A stretch of 64,000 nucleotides of DNA from Abditibacterium sp. (GCA_965199495.1 CBDASK010000003.1:3968001-4032000), one strand, 5' to 3'; shown: positions 20,106-30,837, numbered from the stretch's first letter. Numbers and translations: made by a program. Notes: generated by a model not told the origin, from the sequence alone.

Positions 20106-20183
20106 GACAAGCTCACCTATCGCTGGAAGAGGAGCAAGGAACGAGTGGGGCTGTATGTAGTCGGATGCAGTGGTTTGTTCTGC
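20099..20183 (-). other. Integron attC-like recombination site
   Basis: Minus strand: R'' GCAGAAC, AAACC, L'' ACTGCATC, CGAC ... L' GGTGAGC, TTGTC, R' GTTAATT; 85 bp, starting 15 nt after the stop codon. Confidence 0.78.
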
Positions 20184-20686
20184 CGGTGTTGGAACGCTTT
20201 ACGACGTGTTGACCCTTTTATACACGAAAATACCGTGATGTTGGCCATCGGCAATTTCAAGGGTATCGCCATCAATGGTAACCATCTCAACAGCAATCAT
20301 CGATTTATGCGTTACGGCAGGAGAAGTTCCTTCGACGAAACTTCCCTCTGGAACAGTCCTTTCCAGAGTGGTTCCATCGAGTTTCCAAGCACCTCGTAAC
20401 CGGGTAATGCGTTCAGGCACTAAACCTGGAACAGGACTTAGCGACTCGATCACATCAATGAAGGTGCCATCAGCTTTGAACTTGATTACTCCCGTCTTCA
20501 CACCAAAATCGGCAGGTTGTTTTCCTGCATTGGATTCCAGTTTCCAGATGCCAATTAATTTGTTCGTCTGCATAGCTTGACTTTGACCTCCTGCTGTATG
20601 AACAGTTTCTATTTTTTATCGATCAGCAAACCCTTGCAAGTGTCTAAACGACGCTGCACTTTCCTTCAAGCCGCGCACTGGCAGAA
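20105..20686 (-). mobile_element. Solitary integron-type gene cassette (582 bp)
   Basis: Starts at G^TTCTGC (20687-20681), the exact complement of the attC R'' GCAGAAC; one ORF with AGGAGGT RBS, then attC; lower GC than the flanks. Confidence 0.72.
20199..20573 (-). CDS. Cassette-borne lipocalin-like beta-barrel protein
   Basis: LIGIWKL, IKFKADGTF, GAWKLDG pattern; RBS AGGAGGT at 20586-20592. Confidence 0.65.
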   Translation of the reverse strand: MQTNKLIGIWKLESNAGKQPADFGVKTGVIKFKADGTFIDVIESLSPVPGLVPERITRLRGAWKLDGTTLERTVPEGSFVEGTSPAVTHKSMIAVEMVTIDGDTLEIADGQHHGIFVYKRVNTS

Positions 20687-20881
20687 CAATGTTACTCAAC
20701 CGCAAATTTGCGGTTTAAGCACTTAACTTCTCACTTATGTTGTGCAGAAAACTGCTACTGCTAACGGAAATTTTCGAGCGGCACAACGCGCGAAAATTGA
20801 GTCAAATACCGCTTTAGACAATCCAATCTTTTGTCCCTCGTTGCCCCGCTGAGTATCACAATTGAGAGAAGCGGCAATTTA

Positions 20882-21652
20882 TCATAACAATTCCGAAATC
20901 GCGTCCGCCGCGTCGCCGCTGCGCATCAAACTTTCGCCCACTAACAACGCGTCGGCGCCCGCGTCGCGCAAACGTTGCGCGTCGGCGCGCGTGAAAACGC
21001 CGCTTTCACCGACAACAGTCGCATCGTCGGGCAACAGTTTGCGGATACGTTCTGTCGTGCCCAAATCCACGTTGAAGGTTTTTAAATCACGGTTATTGAT
21101 GCCGATGAAATCGCAGCCGTTGAAGACGGCGCGGCGCGCTTCTTCTTCGTCGTGGACTTCGACCAGAGCGTCCATGCCGTAGCGGTGCGCGGCGGTTTTG
21201 AGTTGGCGAATTTCCCAATCTTTGAGAATCGAGACGATGAGCAAAATGCAATCGGCGCCCGCCAGACGCGCTTCGGCGATTTGAATGTGATCGAGAATGA
21301 ATTCTTTGCGAATAATTGGCTTCACCGTGGCTGTGCGCGCCTTCATCAAATCATCGAGCGAACCTTGGAAAAAATTGGGTTCGGTCAAAACCGAGAGACA
21401 ATCGGCGCCCGAATTTTGATAAATCGTCGCTTGTGCGGCGGCGTCGAAATCGGGCGCGATTAAGCCTTTGGATGGCGAGGCTTTTTTGACTTCGGCGATT
21501 AATCCCAAACGATTCGGATGTTTGAGCGCCGCTTTAAACGGGCGCGCGGGCAGGGCTTCGATGAGCCGTTTTTCCAAAGTCTGCACATCGGTTTGTGCTT
21601 TCAATGCGTCAAGTCGCACGCGCGTGGCGGCGACAATTTGGTCTAAAATCAT
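20882..21652 (-). CDS. trpC: Indole-3-glycerol phosphate synthase
   Basis: IAEVKKASPSKG, LSVLTE, IGINNRDL, ESG, LVGESLM; start at MILDQ. Confidence 0.96.
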   Translation of the reverse strand: MILDQIVAATRVRLDALKAQTDVQTLEKRLIEALPARPFKAALKHPNRLGLIAEVKKASPSKGLIAPDFDAAAQATIYQNSGADCLSVLTEPNFFQGSLDDLMKARTATVKPIIRKEFILDHIQIAEARLAGADCILLIVSILKDWEIRQLKTAAHRYGMDALVEVHDEEEARRAVFNGCDFIGINNRDLKTFNVDLGTTERIRKLLPDDATVVGESGVFTRADAQRLRDAGADALLVGESLMRSGDAADAISELL

Positions 21653-21653
21653 A

Positions 21654-21773
<120 letters not shown>

Positions 21774-22798
21774 TTCGGTGAACTCGCGCAATCGCTGGAG
21801 TTTCTCGCGTGCGGCTCCGGCGCGAATCGTGGCGCGCGCCAGTTTGATGCCCTCGTCGAAATCGGGCACGATGTCGGCGACGACTAAAATCGCGGCGGCA
21901 TTGAGACAGGTAATATCGGCGCTCGGCCCTTCGCCGTCGTGCAAAACTTGCTGGATAATCACGGCGTTTTCGGATGCGTCGCCGCCCTGCAACATTTGGG
22001 CGTTGATACAAGCCACGCCGCCCGCGTGCGGGTCAAAAACGCCTTCGCGGAGCGTGCCGTCGCGGACTTCGATATAATGCGTGGGCGCGCAGGTCGAGAA
22101 TTCGTCCAAACCGTCTTCCGAATGCGCGACGAACGCGCGTTGACAACCCAATTCCAATAACGTTTGCGCGACGGGTCGCAACCATTTGGCGGCGGGCACG
22201 CCCATGACTTGCCGTTTTGTGGACGCCGGATTGGCGAGCGGCGCCGCCAAATTGAAAATTGTGCGAATGCCCAGTTCGCGGCGCAATGGCGCCACGTTTT
22301 TCAGCGCCGGATGGTGATTGGGCGCGAACATAAAACCGATGCCGACTTCATCAATGCAGCGGCCAATCGCTTCGGGCGTGAGATTGAGATGCACGCCCAA
22401 GGCTTCCAAAACATCCGCCGAGCCGCACTTGGACGAGACCGCGCGATTGCCGTGTTTGGCGATGCGCGCGCCCGCCGCCGCCGCGACCAGCGACGCCGCC
22501 GTCGAAATGTTGAACGTGCCGAGCAATTGTTTGGGCGAATCGCCGCCGGTTCCGCAGGTATCAATTAAATCGCTCGATTGCGCCACGACCGGAATCACGC
22601 GCGCGTGCAGCGCGCGCACCCAACCGGTGATTTCGTCGGCGCTTTCGCCGCGCGCACGCAACGCGCCGAGTAACGCTGCGACTTGCAACGACGACGGCGT
22701 GCCATCCACGATGTCGGACAGCGTCGCTTCGGCATCAGCTTGCGATAAAAATTCGCCATGCGAAACGGCTTTCAATGCTTGAGATACGTTCATAAAAA

Positions 22799-22918
22799 TG
22801 TAGAGACACCGACCGGGTGCCCCTTGGGCGGATGTCTAAATATGCAATGTGCGTCAGGCTGAAGCAAGTTCAACCTTTTAGACATCCGCCCAAGGGGCAC
22901 CCGGTCGGTGTCTCTACA
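22799..22918. repeat. REPIN-like inverted repeat, family A copy 2
   Basis: TGTAGAGACACCGACCGGGTGCCCCTTGGGCGGATGTCTAAA and its perfect reverse complement, between trpG and trpD. Confidence 0.92.
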
Positions 22919-22925
22919 AGCCATT

Positions 22926-23495
22926 CTAAAATTTTTCGACAAAATTACGCAACAGTTCGCGTCCGTTTTCGCCGGTTAAAATGCTTTCGGGATGGAACTG
23001 GACGCCTTCCAATTTCCAGGTTTTATGGCGCACACCCATGATTTCGCCGTCGGCGGTTTGCGCGGTAATTTCGAGTTCGGGCGGCAAAGTTTCGCGTTCG
23101 ATAACGAGGGAATGATAGCGCGTGCCGTCGAACGGCGATGGCAAATCCTCGAAGACGCCTTTACCGTCGTGCGTGACGGGCGAAGTTTTGCCGTGCATCA
23201 GAGTTTTGGCGCGGATGATGTTGCCGCCCAGCGCCGCGCCAATCGCCTGATGGCCCAAACAGACGCCCAAAATTGGGATTTTCCCGCCGAATTCTCGAAT
23301 GGTTTCGACCGAAACTCCGGCCTCGGCGGGCGAACAGGGGCCGGGCGAGATGATTATCTTTTCGGGGTTTAACTCGCGGATTTGCTCGATGGAGATTTCG
23401 TCGTTGCGGCGCACCTCAAGATCGCAACCCATTTCGCCCAGATATTGCACCAGATTGTAGGTGAACGAATCGAAATTGTCGATCATCAAAATCAT
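22926..23495 (-). CDS. trpG: Anthranilate synthase component II (glutamine amidotransferase)
   Basis: [33 protein letters not shown] overlap with the upstream gene. Confidence 0.95.
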   Translation of the reverse strand: MILMIDNFDSFTYNLVQYLGEMGCDLEVRRNDEISIEQIRELNPEKIIISPGPCSPAEAGVSVETIREFGGKIPILGVCLGHQAIGAALGGNIIRAKTLMHGKTSPVTHDGKGVFEDLPSPFDGTRYHSLVIERETLPPELEITAQTADGEIMGVRHKTWKLEGVQFHPESILTGENGRELLRNFVEKF

Positions 23496-24820
23496 AACTT
23501 CCAAAGTGTAGCGATTAAAGCCGCCAACCCGCATGCGAGCGGAAACCAATCGCCCCATTTCGCGTAAATCGTCGGTCGCCCATTGCCAACAGCCACGTCG
23601 TCAATCAAGGTTTGAAAACCGTCCTCGAAATGCGCCGCACGCTGTGTAATTTCGCCGCGCGCCGAGACAATAACGCTGATGCCATCGCTCGTCGCGCGCG
23701 CGATTCCATAGCGCATTTCGAGCGCGCGCCACAAAGTGCTGGTCAAATGAAAATGTTGCACGCCGCTCCAATCGTTGGTCGGAATTGTCATGAGTTGCAC
23801 GCCGTCGCGCCCATAGCCGCGCGCGATGTCGGAGAAATTATCGTCCTGACAAATCACGCCGCCGACTTTGACGCCCTCGATTTCGAGTTCGGCGCGTTGC
23901 CCGGCGCCGCGCGTGTAGGTTTCGTAAACCGGTACCAAATGCGTTTTTAGGTAACGCGCGCGCACTTCGCCACCGGGCGCGACCCAATCAATGCAGTTGA
24001 TATTACGTTCGTTATCGAAGTAACCCAACGCCAGCCAGACGTTATAACGCTGGGCTAATTCGCCGATTTGCGCGCGCCAAAGTTGTCGGTCGGCGACGCG
24101 AAACGCCGCTTCGGGCGCCACGATAATGCGCGCTCCGTTCGCCGTGGCTGCTTGCAAGTGCGGCGCGATTTTCTCCAACGAAATATCGTTGAACTGCGCT
24201 CCTGCCCAACCGATTGTCGCGACGCGCATCGTTTGCGAGAGTAGGCGTCGCCACAGCCATTCGCTAATCGCGCACAATCCGAGAAGGAAGACGATGAAAG
24301 TTGTGAGCGCCGCCGTTGACCCGGATGCAGCCACGGCGAGAGCTTGCAAGCTCACCAAAACGAAAACGACGCCGATGGCGCCCGTAAAGCAAACCCATTG
24401 AACCAATCGCGGCGCGTGGCTCCAGCCGCGCGCGAAACTCTGCGCGCTACTCCAGAACGGAACGATTTGCGTTTCGAGCCACACCAAAAACGTCGCGCCC
24501 GCACCGGTTGACAGCGCGTTCCAAACCGGCGGCAATTGTTGGATGCGAAAGCAAAACGCGCTGAAAAGTAGCCACGTCAATGTTTGCGATACAACCAAGG
24601 CGCTCGAAACCAACGTCGGCAGTTTGAGCATCCATAAAGTAATCGCCGCGTAACTGGCGCCGAAAATCGCGCCCAAAGCGATATTGGTAAAGAGCGATTG
24701 GCTTTGATTAAGCGCCCACAACATCGGCATAAACGCGACGAGTTGCAGCCAATGCCGTCGCGATGGCGGCTGCGAAAACGCGAGCGTAACGCCGGAGATG
24801 AGGGCGAGGAAAAAAGACAT
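23492..24820 (-). CDS. lnt: Apolipoprotein N-acyltransferase-like protein (nitrilase fold)
   Basis: Multi-TM N-terminus; E-K-C triad in [13 protein letters not shown] and [16 protein letters not shown]. Confidence 0.75.
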   Translation of the reverse strand: MSFFLALISGVTLAFSQPPSRRHWLQLVAFMPMLWALNQSQSLFTNIALGAIFGASYAAITLWMLKLPTLVSSALVVSQTLTWLLFSAFCFRIQQLPPVWNALSTGAGATFLVWLETQIVPFWSSAQSFARGWSHAPRLVQWVCFTGAIGVVFVLVSLQALAVAASGSTAALTTFIVFLLGLCAISEWLWRRLLSQTMRVATIGWAGAQFNDISLEKIAPHLQAATANGARIIVAPEAAFRVADRQLWRAQIGELAQRYNVWLALGYFDNERNINCIDWVAPGGEVRARYLKTHLVPVYETYTRGAGQRAELEIEGVKVGGVICQDDNFSDIARGYGRDGVQLMTIPTNDWSGVQHFHLTSTLWRALEMRYGIARATSDGISVIVSARGEITQRAAHFEDGFQTLIDDVAVGNGRPTIYAKWGDWFPLACGLAALIATLWKL

Positions 24821-24837
24821 TCAACGTTTTGGGTTCA

Positions 24838-24966
24838 AATTTCGTGGTGCCCGTAGGGTCAAAACATGTTTTGACCGCGTCACAAATGTTTGCTCTCCAT
24901 AAATTCACATTGCGAACGCGTTGCGCGGTCAAAACATGTTTTGACCCTACGGGCACCACGGAAATT
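24838..24966. repeat. GTAG-type REPIN-like inverted repeat, family F
   Basis: AATTTCGTGGTGCCCGTAGGGTCAAAACATGTTTTGACCGCG and its reverse complement; each arm carries the palindrome GGTCAAAACATGTTTTGACC. Confidence 0.9.
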
Positions 24967-25900
24967 AAACTCGCACGCGCGGGTCAATCACTTTATATGA
25001 GACATCCACCAACAGATTCGCCACCACAACCATCAGCGCAGAAAACAAAACCGTGCCCATAATCATCGGCACGTCTTGATTTTGCACCGAATCAATCGCC
25101 AGACTGCCGATGCCGGGCCAGCCGAAGATTTTTTCGGTAAATATCAAACCGCTCAGCAGCGAAGCGAACTCGGCGCCAAGCACAGCCACGGCGGGAATCA
25201 AGGCGTTTTTGAGCGCGTGCTTGGCCGTGACCTGCGTTTCGCTCAGGCCGCGCGCGCGCGCGGCGCGGATGAAATCTTGCTTCATCACGCCGCGCAAATT
25301 GGCGTGCAGCAAACGCGAATAATAGGCCGCACCGCCGATGCCCAGCGTTATCGCGGGCAACGGCAAATTCCACAGATTGGCGCTGCCGCCAACGCTAAAT
25401 AAATTCAGTTGGTAACCCAAATATTGTTGCAATAGTCGCCCCAGCCAGAACGTCGGGATGGAAACCGCAATTAAAGCCAAAAGTAGCGCGATGCGGTCGA
25501 GCCATTTGCCGTCGTTGCGCGCGGTCATTAACGCGATGGGAATCGCGGCGCCGAGATAAATGACCAGCGCCGTGGCTGCTAACAAGAGCGTGGCCGGAAA
25601 GCGACGCGCGATGGCGGTGAAAACGATGTCGCCGTTGCGATAGGACTTGAGGTTGTTGGTAAAAATGTTCTCGACGAAAATCACGTATTGCTGCGGCAAC
25701 GGTTTGTCGAGACCAAAATCGCGCTTGATGTTGGCGATATTCTCGTCGGTCGCGCGCGCGCCCGCCACCGATTGCGCCATCGCGTCGGTCGGGTCTTTGT
25801 CGGCACCCAGACGCGGAACCCAGAACAATAGCAGAAATATCACGACCGAAACGCCCCACAATGTGATGAGGCTCAGGCCGAGCTTGCGAAGTAGTGACAT
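24965..25900 (-). CDS. oppB: Peptide ABC permease (OppB/DppB)
   Basis: FGLDKPLPQQY, SIPTFWLG, FIRAARARGL, EKIFGWPGIG, IDPRVR. Confidence 0.93.
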   Translation of the reverse strand: MSLLRKLGLSLITLWGVSVVIFLLLFWVPRLGADKDPTDAMAQSVAGARATDENIANIKRDFGLDKPLPQQYVIFVENIFTNNLKSYRNGDIVFTAIARRFPATLLLAATALVIYLGAAIPIALMTARNDGKWLDRIALLLALIAVSIPTFWLGRLLQQYLGYQLNLFSVGGSANLWNLPLPAITLGIGGAAYYSRLLHANLRGVMKQDFIRAARARGLSETQVTAKHALKNALIPAVAVLGAEFASLLSGLIFTEKIFGWPGIGSLAIDSVQNQDVPMIMGTVLFSALMVVVANLLVDVSYKVIDPRVRV

Positions 25901-25922
25901 AATTTCGGTTATCGGACACCCC

Positions 25923-27545
25923 CTATCTGACGCTCACGTCCTCATAGGTTGCGGGCCACGCGGGCGAAAGTTGCAGACCTTCGACCCACGGTTGGCGCAC
26001 CATGTAACGCTGCGAATGGTGCAGGAAAACCATCGGCGCATCGCTGACGACGATTTTTTCGGCCTCTTGATAGAGTTTCAGGCGCATTGGGCCGGGCGGC
26101 AGAGTCAGGCCTTTGGCGAGCAGGGCGTCAACGCGCGGGTTGGAATAAAACGAGCGATTTAGACTGGCTTTGGCCGAAATGCTTTTGGTGGCATAGAGCG
26201 GATCCATAAAATTGGCCGGGTCGGGGAAATCTTGTAGCCAGCCCATCAGCGCCATCTTGGCGCCGTTGGGGCCGCGCAAACCGGCTTTGGCTTTGAGGTC
26301 GCCATAACGCAGCGCCTTGATCGAAACCGACATTCCGATATTTTTCAAATCTTCCATAATGGACTGCGCCGCCTTGCCGTACCACTGCTCGTTGGTCGCG
26401 TAATACAACGTGATAGGCGCGTTGGGCGTATCCTTGAAATTCGCCTCTTTGAGCAGCGCGCGCGCCTTGGCCGGGTCGAACGGATAGCCCTTGAGAGCGG
26501 CATCGTAGCCCGGCATTCCCGGCGGCAACGGCCCGTGCGCGAGCGTGGCGCGTCCGGTCAAGAATGAAGTGATGCGCTCGCGATTGATGCCGTAATTGAC
26601 GGCGCGTCGCACCTTGACGTTATCGAACGGCTTGACCTCGTTGTTCATCGTCATGTAGCGAATGTCCATCATCGGCGCGCTCAAAACTTGATTTTTCCAC
26701 GGCTCGGTCTGCGTCAAGCGCAAAAAGTCGGGCGCGAACGCATCGGAAATCGTCAAAACGTCCAAGGCGCCCTGTTCGTAAAGCATATCTTGCAGCGCCG
26801 ACGAGACGCCAAACTGCGCTTCGATGCGCTCGCATTTGGGCAGTTCGGGCCGGAAATAATGCGGGTTTTTGACCAGGGTCAACCAGCCATCGTGAACCCA
26901 TTCCTGAAGCGTGAACGGCCCGCAACCCATCGGATGCTCGCTCAAGGCTTTGCCGGTGGCTTCTAATTTCGTGGTGTAATCGCGATTGACCGCGTAGGCA
27001 AACGGCAACGCCAAATAATTGAGAAACGTCGCGTCCGGTTTATTCAAGCGGAAGATCAGCGTGTTCGCGTCGGGCACTTCGATGCCTTTGGGATGAGCGA
27101 GCGGAGTTTTGGTGGCCAGACTTTTCACGAACGCATCGGCGCCCACGATGTCGCCGAAAAATGACGAACCATCGGAAGCGGTTTCGGGATTTAAGACGCG
27201 TTCGATGGCAAAGCGAAAATCGTCGGCGGTCACGCGCGCGCCGTTGGTAAATTTTACATCGGGCCGAATCTTGAACGTGTAAGTTTTGCCGTCGGGCGAA
27301 ATCGCGTAAGACGAAGCGACTTCGGGATGCAAATTGGCTTTTTGATCGTATTCGACCAAACCCCGATAGAGCAGACGCGCGAACTGAATCGAAGTCGTGT
27401 CATAGGCTTTGGCCGGATCGAGCGTCGAGGCGTCCGATTCCTGCGCCATGCGCAACACGCCCGCCGGATGAGGCGCGTGCGCGCAACCAGCCACGGCGAC
27501 GCTGAAAAAGAAAATTGCGAGAAGAAAATGAGGAAATCGTCGCAT
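25923..27545 (-). CDS. oppA: Peptide ABC substrate-binding lipoprotein (family 5)
   Basis: Lipobox VAGC; TLDPA, SPDGKTYTF, GCGPF, PFDNVKVRRAV. Confidence 0.93.
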   Translation of the reverse strand: MRRFPHFLLAIFFFSVAVAGCAHAPHPAGVLRMAQESDASTLDPAKAYDTTSIQFARLLYRGLVEYDQKANLHPEVASSYAISPDGKTYTFKIRPDVKFTNGARVTADDFRFAIERVLNPETASDGSSFFGDIVGADAFVKSLATKTPLAHPKGIEVPDANTLIFRLNKPDATFLNYLALPFAYAVNRDYTTKLEATGKALSEHPMGCGPFTLQEWVHDGWLTLVKNPHYFRPELPKCERIEAQFGVSSALQDMLYEQGALDVLTISDAFAPDFLRLTQTEPWKNQVLSAPMMDIRYMTMNNEVKPFDNVKVRRAVNYGINRERITSFLTGRATLAHGPLPPGMPGYDAALKGYPFDPAKARALLKEANFKDTPNAPITLYYATNEQWYGKAAQSIMEDLKNIGMSVSIKALRYGDLKAKAGLRGPNGAKMALMGWLQDFPDPANFMDPLYATKSISAKASLNRSFYSNPRVDALLAKGLTLPPGPMRLKLYQEAEKIVVSDAPMVFLHHSQRYMVRQPWVEGLQLSPAWPATYEDVSVR

Positions 27546-27593
27546 GAAAAATGAGTATTGTTGAAAGTTTGCTCGCCGGTCATAGCTGCAATC

Positions 27594-28694
27594 TCAGCCC
27601 AAAAACTGTTTCGCGCCAAACAAAAAACTCAAGCACGCCGCCAAAATCAACGCAGTGACATTGAGCATCGCGCGGGGCCGTGGCTGCATCGCCGCGACTT
27701 CGAGCGCGAGCAATTGGCTAAACGGCCACAACCCGAACAAGTAGCGTAGCGATGAAGTCGTGTAGGGCGGAAAAACGCGCGCGAATAACAGATTGAGCAA
27801 CAACACGCCGCACAACAAAATCGCGTCGCCGCGCGGTTGCGTCGCGCGGTGTTTCCACGCCAACCCAAAGGCTGCGAGCGTGCCCGCCCAGTTGAGTATC
27901 GTCACCACGTCCAATCTTTGCAGCGTGACGAAGCCGACGAAATCGCGCCACAACGGCACGAGCGGGAAAACTAAGGCGCGCCCAAACTGCGCCTGATTGG
28001 CGACGCTCGAAAGCACGCCGCCAAAACGCGCTTTAAAGTAAAGCTGAATTCCGATGAACGCCAAAAGCGGCAACACGCTCCACGCGAAACCACCGCGCTT
28101 GCGCCCCGAACTCTGAAACCACATCACCAACAAGGCCAGCGCCAAAACCGGCCCGGCGTTGCGCGTGAGTGCGGCGCCCATGCCCCAAACTCCGGCCCAC
28201 AACCACTGCTCGCGGCGCGCGCACCAAAAACTGGCGATGCCCAGCAAAAGCCACAGCGATTCGGTATAGACCGCGCCGCTATAAACCGCGCACGGGAAAA
28301 ACGCCAGCACCAAAACGGCGATATTGGCGATTTTCCCGTCCCACTCGCGCCGCGTCAAATCGTGAAAGAGCCACAGCGCGCCCGCGAAACAAACGTTGGA
28401 AATGACGACGCCCGCCAGCGCCAATGCGATGGGATTCGGGCCGAACGCGCGCATCGCTAACGGATAAAGCGGGAAGAAAACCGAAGTTTCGGGCGTGTAG
28501 CCGTGCGCGGCGATGTCGAGAAAATATTTGGAATCGTAGGTCGTCCAGACGCCCAGCCACGGCGACGGCACGCCCGCCCACGCGCCGGGTTCGAGCGGAG
28601 TATTTCCACGCGAAAGTTGGCCTAAATAAGCGAAAATCGCCAGCCAAATCCGCGATGAAAGCCAAGCCCACAAAACAAATTTGACAGATTTCAA
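27594..28694 (-). CDS. GT-C (PIG-V/Mannosyl_trans2-like) mannosyltransferase
   Basis: WTTYDSKYFLDIAAHGY, FFPLYP, YTESL, LTRNAG; TTG start overlapping the oppC stop. Confidence 0.82.
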   Translation of the reverse strand: MKSVKFVLWAWLSSRIWLAIFAYLGQLSRGNTPLEPGAWAGVPSPWLGVWTTYDSKYFLDIAAHGYTPETSVFFPLYPLAMRAFGPNPIALALAGVVISNVCFAGALWLFHDLTRREWDGKIANIAVLVLAFFPCAVYSGAVYTESLWLLLGIASFWCARREQWLWAGVWGMGAALTRNAGPVLALALLVMWFQSSGRKRGGFAWSVLPLLAFIGIQLYFKARFGGVLSSVANQAQFGRALVFPLVPLWRDFVGFVTLQRLDVVTILNWAGTLAAFGLAWKHRATQPRGDAILLCGVLLLNLLFARVFPPYTTSSLRYLFGLWPFSQLLALEVAAMQPRPRAMLNVTALILAACLSFLFGAKQFLG

Positions 28695-29710
28695 CGGCGC
28701 GTTTCCCAGACTTCGCCCAGCGCGTTGCCGATGAGATTGAACGCGACGACCGCCAACACAATCGCGACGCCGGGCGCGAGCGCGATCCACGGCGCGACCA
28801 ACAAATACGATTGTCCGTCGGCGATAAGTCCGCCCCACGACGCCGCTTCGGGACGGCCCAATCCCAAATAGGAAAGTCCCGCTTCGAGCAGAATGTTCTG
28901 CGCCGTCGCTAAAGTCGCCAATGTCACCACGGTTGGCACGACGTTGGGCAACAAATGCCGTTTTAAAATCGCGAAATTGGAAAGCCCCAGCGCGCGCGCT
29001 GCTTCGATGAACTCGCGTTCGCGCAGCGCCAACGTTTGCCCGCGCACCGCGCGCGCAATGCCAACCCACGTTACAAGTCCAATCGCCAGCAAAAGTTTGA
29101 GCGTGTTCAAATCGGGGTTGGAACTGAGCCACTGGAAAGGGGCATAACCCGGCCACTTGATCGTAGTCAATTCGGGATGGTGACTAAGCCAGACGAAAAG
29201 CCACGCGTTTGGCAGACGGTCGGGCAACACGACGGCGAGCGTGATCGCCAGCAGAATCGTCGGCAACGCCGCCACGATTTCAGTGAATCTCGTCAGAGCG
29301 GCGTCCACCCATCCGCCGAAAAATCCGCCCAAAAGTCCGATTGTTGTGCCGATGACCGTTGAAGTAATCATCGCGCAAAACGCCACGAGCAATGACAATC
29401 GCGCGCCATAAACCACGCGCGTCCAGACATCGCGGCCCAGCGTATCGGCGCCGAGCAAAAAGCCGCCGCCGGGCGCGTGCGGCACGCCCAGTGCGTTGAT
29501 GCCGTTGGGATAAATCTGCTGCGGATCGGTCGGATGGCCCGGCGTCAAAGCGTCGGCGAAAATCGCCATAATCAACAGCGTTCCCAAAATCGCCATGCCG
29601 ATGAGAAATAGCGGATGACGCCGCAAACGCGCCCACGTCGAATCGTTGCGGCGTTTGGCCGCCACGGTTTGCGGCGCGGGCAGGGGAGAAGTGAGAGGAG
29701 CAACGGCCAT
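28691..29710 (-). CDS. oppC: Peptide ABC permease (OppC/DppC)
   Basis: LGADTLGRDVWTRVVYGARLSL, EFIEAARALG, EAGLSYLGLG, SWG. Confidence 0.93.
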   Translation of the reverse strand: MAVAPLTSPLPAPQTVAAKRRNDSTWARLRRHPLFLIGMAILGTLLIMAIFADALTPGHPTDPQQIYPNGINALGVPHAPGGGFLLGADTLGRDVWTRVVYGARLSLLVAFCAMITSTVIGTTIGLLGGFFGGWVDAALTRFTEIVAALPTILLAITLAVVLPDRLPNAWLFVWLSHHPELTTIKWPGYAPFQWLSSNPDLNTLKLLLAIGLVTWVGIARAVRGQTLALREREFIEAARALGLSNFAILKRHLLPNVVPTVVTLATLATAQNILLEAGLSYLGLGRPEAASWGGLIADGQSYLLVAPWIALAPGVAIVLAVVAFNLIGNALGEVWETRR

Positions 29711-29734
29711 AGGGAAAGTAACGGGCGAATGAGC

Positions 29735-30052
29735 TTAATCGTAAAGTTCAATAAAGTCATCTGGTATGGAAATAATTGCACCGTTTTCATCGAGTGAAAA
29801 ACCCGCGAAATAGTTTCGGCGAAATATCAAACCTAATTTGCGATTCGCTTGAAGCACGAACGAATGAAGTTCCAAGCCGCGCCAATTTCCAGGATTTTCA
29901 TGCCAGAGAGCATATTCTACTTCGTCCGTGCCAGTTCTGACTTTATGCTGAGTGAGTTGAGGCAACGCTTTCAATTCGTGCGCCGAGCGCGCGCTCCATC
30001 GCGCGCACTCTTCGTCCAAAAGGCGTTGCCACAAAGCATCTGTCGCATTCAT
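29735..30052 (-). CDS. Hypothetical protein
   Basis: ATG 4 nt after the upstream stop; co-oriented ORF filling the gap. Confidence 0.6.
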   Translation of the reverse strand: MNATDALWQRLLDEECARWSARSAHELKALPQLTQHKVRTGTDEVEYALWHENPGNWRGLELHSFVLQANRKLGLIFRRNYFAGFSLDENGAIISIPDDFIELYD

Positions 30053-30056
30053 GTGT

Positions 30057-30770
30057 TTATCTCGGCATTTTGTCCAAATCTCCGACCCAATGCGCGCCTT
30101 TGAGCATTTCGATTTTATCGTAAATCGCGTTGTCGGCTCCAACGCGCAAAGCCCAGCCGTTGTCGCCGTAGCTCCAATGCCACCATTCGTCGGCGTAGTT
30201 GGTTAATCCGGTCGGCTCCAAAACCGAACGCAGCAAATCGCGGTTTTTCCGTGCTTCGTCGCTCAAACCCGGCGCGTCGAAGGCGGCATGCGTGTTATCG
30301 AGCAAATCGAAGGGCGAAGTGAAATCTAATCTGTCGCCGTTTTTGTCGATAATTTCCAAATCAACCGCGCCGCCAGTTAAGTGCGGCGGCGGCGTGGCTG
30401 CATCGGGCGGCGCGCTGTATCGTCCGGCTTCGATCCCAATCGCGCGTTCGTCGGCAGCGGGCATTTTCTGGCGCGCCAATTTCAGCGAATGCGCGAACAT
30501 CGCGCGCTGCACAGCGATGGGCCGGTAACCTTCGACGATTTGCAAACGTAATCCATCAGGCAAATCTTCGGCGGCGCGGCACACCATTTCGGCGACGCTT
30601 TGACGCAGCAGATGCACGCGCGGAAACTCGAAAACCGGATGCGTGGGAGAGAAAACCAATTTATCGGAATCACATAATTCCAGAAAATCAACGAGCGGTT
30701 CGCCGTTGTCTTGAATTAGGACGGCATCGAGTTCGTCCTGATCTTCGGCGGGCGGGGAATGTTCTGACAT
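30057..30770 (-). CDS. D-Ala-D-Ala dipeptidase (VanX/DdpX, peptidase M15)
   Basis: EGYRP, PPHLTGGAVD, EWWHWSYGD. Confidence 0.9.
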   Translation of the reverse strand: MSEHSPPAEDQDELDAVLIQDNGEPLVDFLELCDSDKLVFSPTHPVFEFPRVHLLRQSVAEMVCRAAEDLPDGLRLQIVEGYRPIAVQRAMFAHSLKLARQKMPAADERAIGIEAGRYSAPPDAATPPPHLTGGAVDLEIIDKNGDRLDFTSPFDLLDNTHAAFDAPGLSDEARKNRDLLRSVLEPTGLTNYADEWWHWSYGDNGWALRVGADNAIYDKIEMLKGAHWVGDLDKMPR

Positions 30771-30837
30771 CGCGCGTCAGTTTAAAAGGAAACAGATATT
30801 TTGCATCCATCAATTTTGAAGCGGGCGCCTCGCTTCG

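Noticed and set aside
28695..29156. N-terminal extension making the mannosyltransferase 520 aa
   Set aside because: Overlaps oppC in another frame; TTG at 28694 gives a coupled start.
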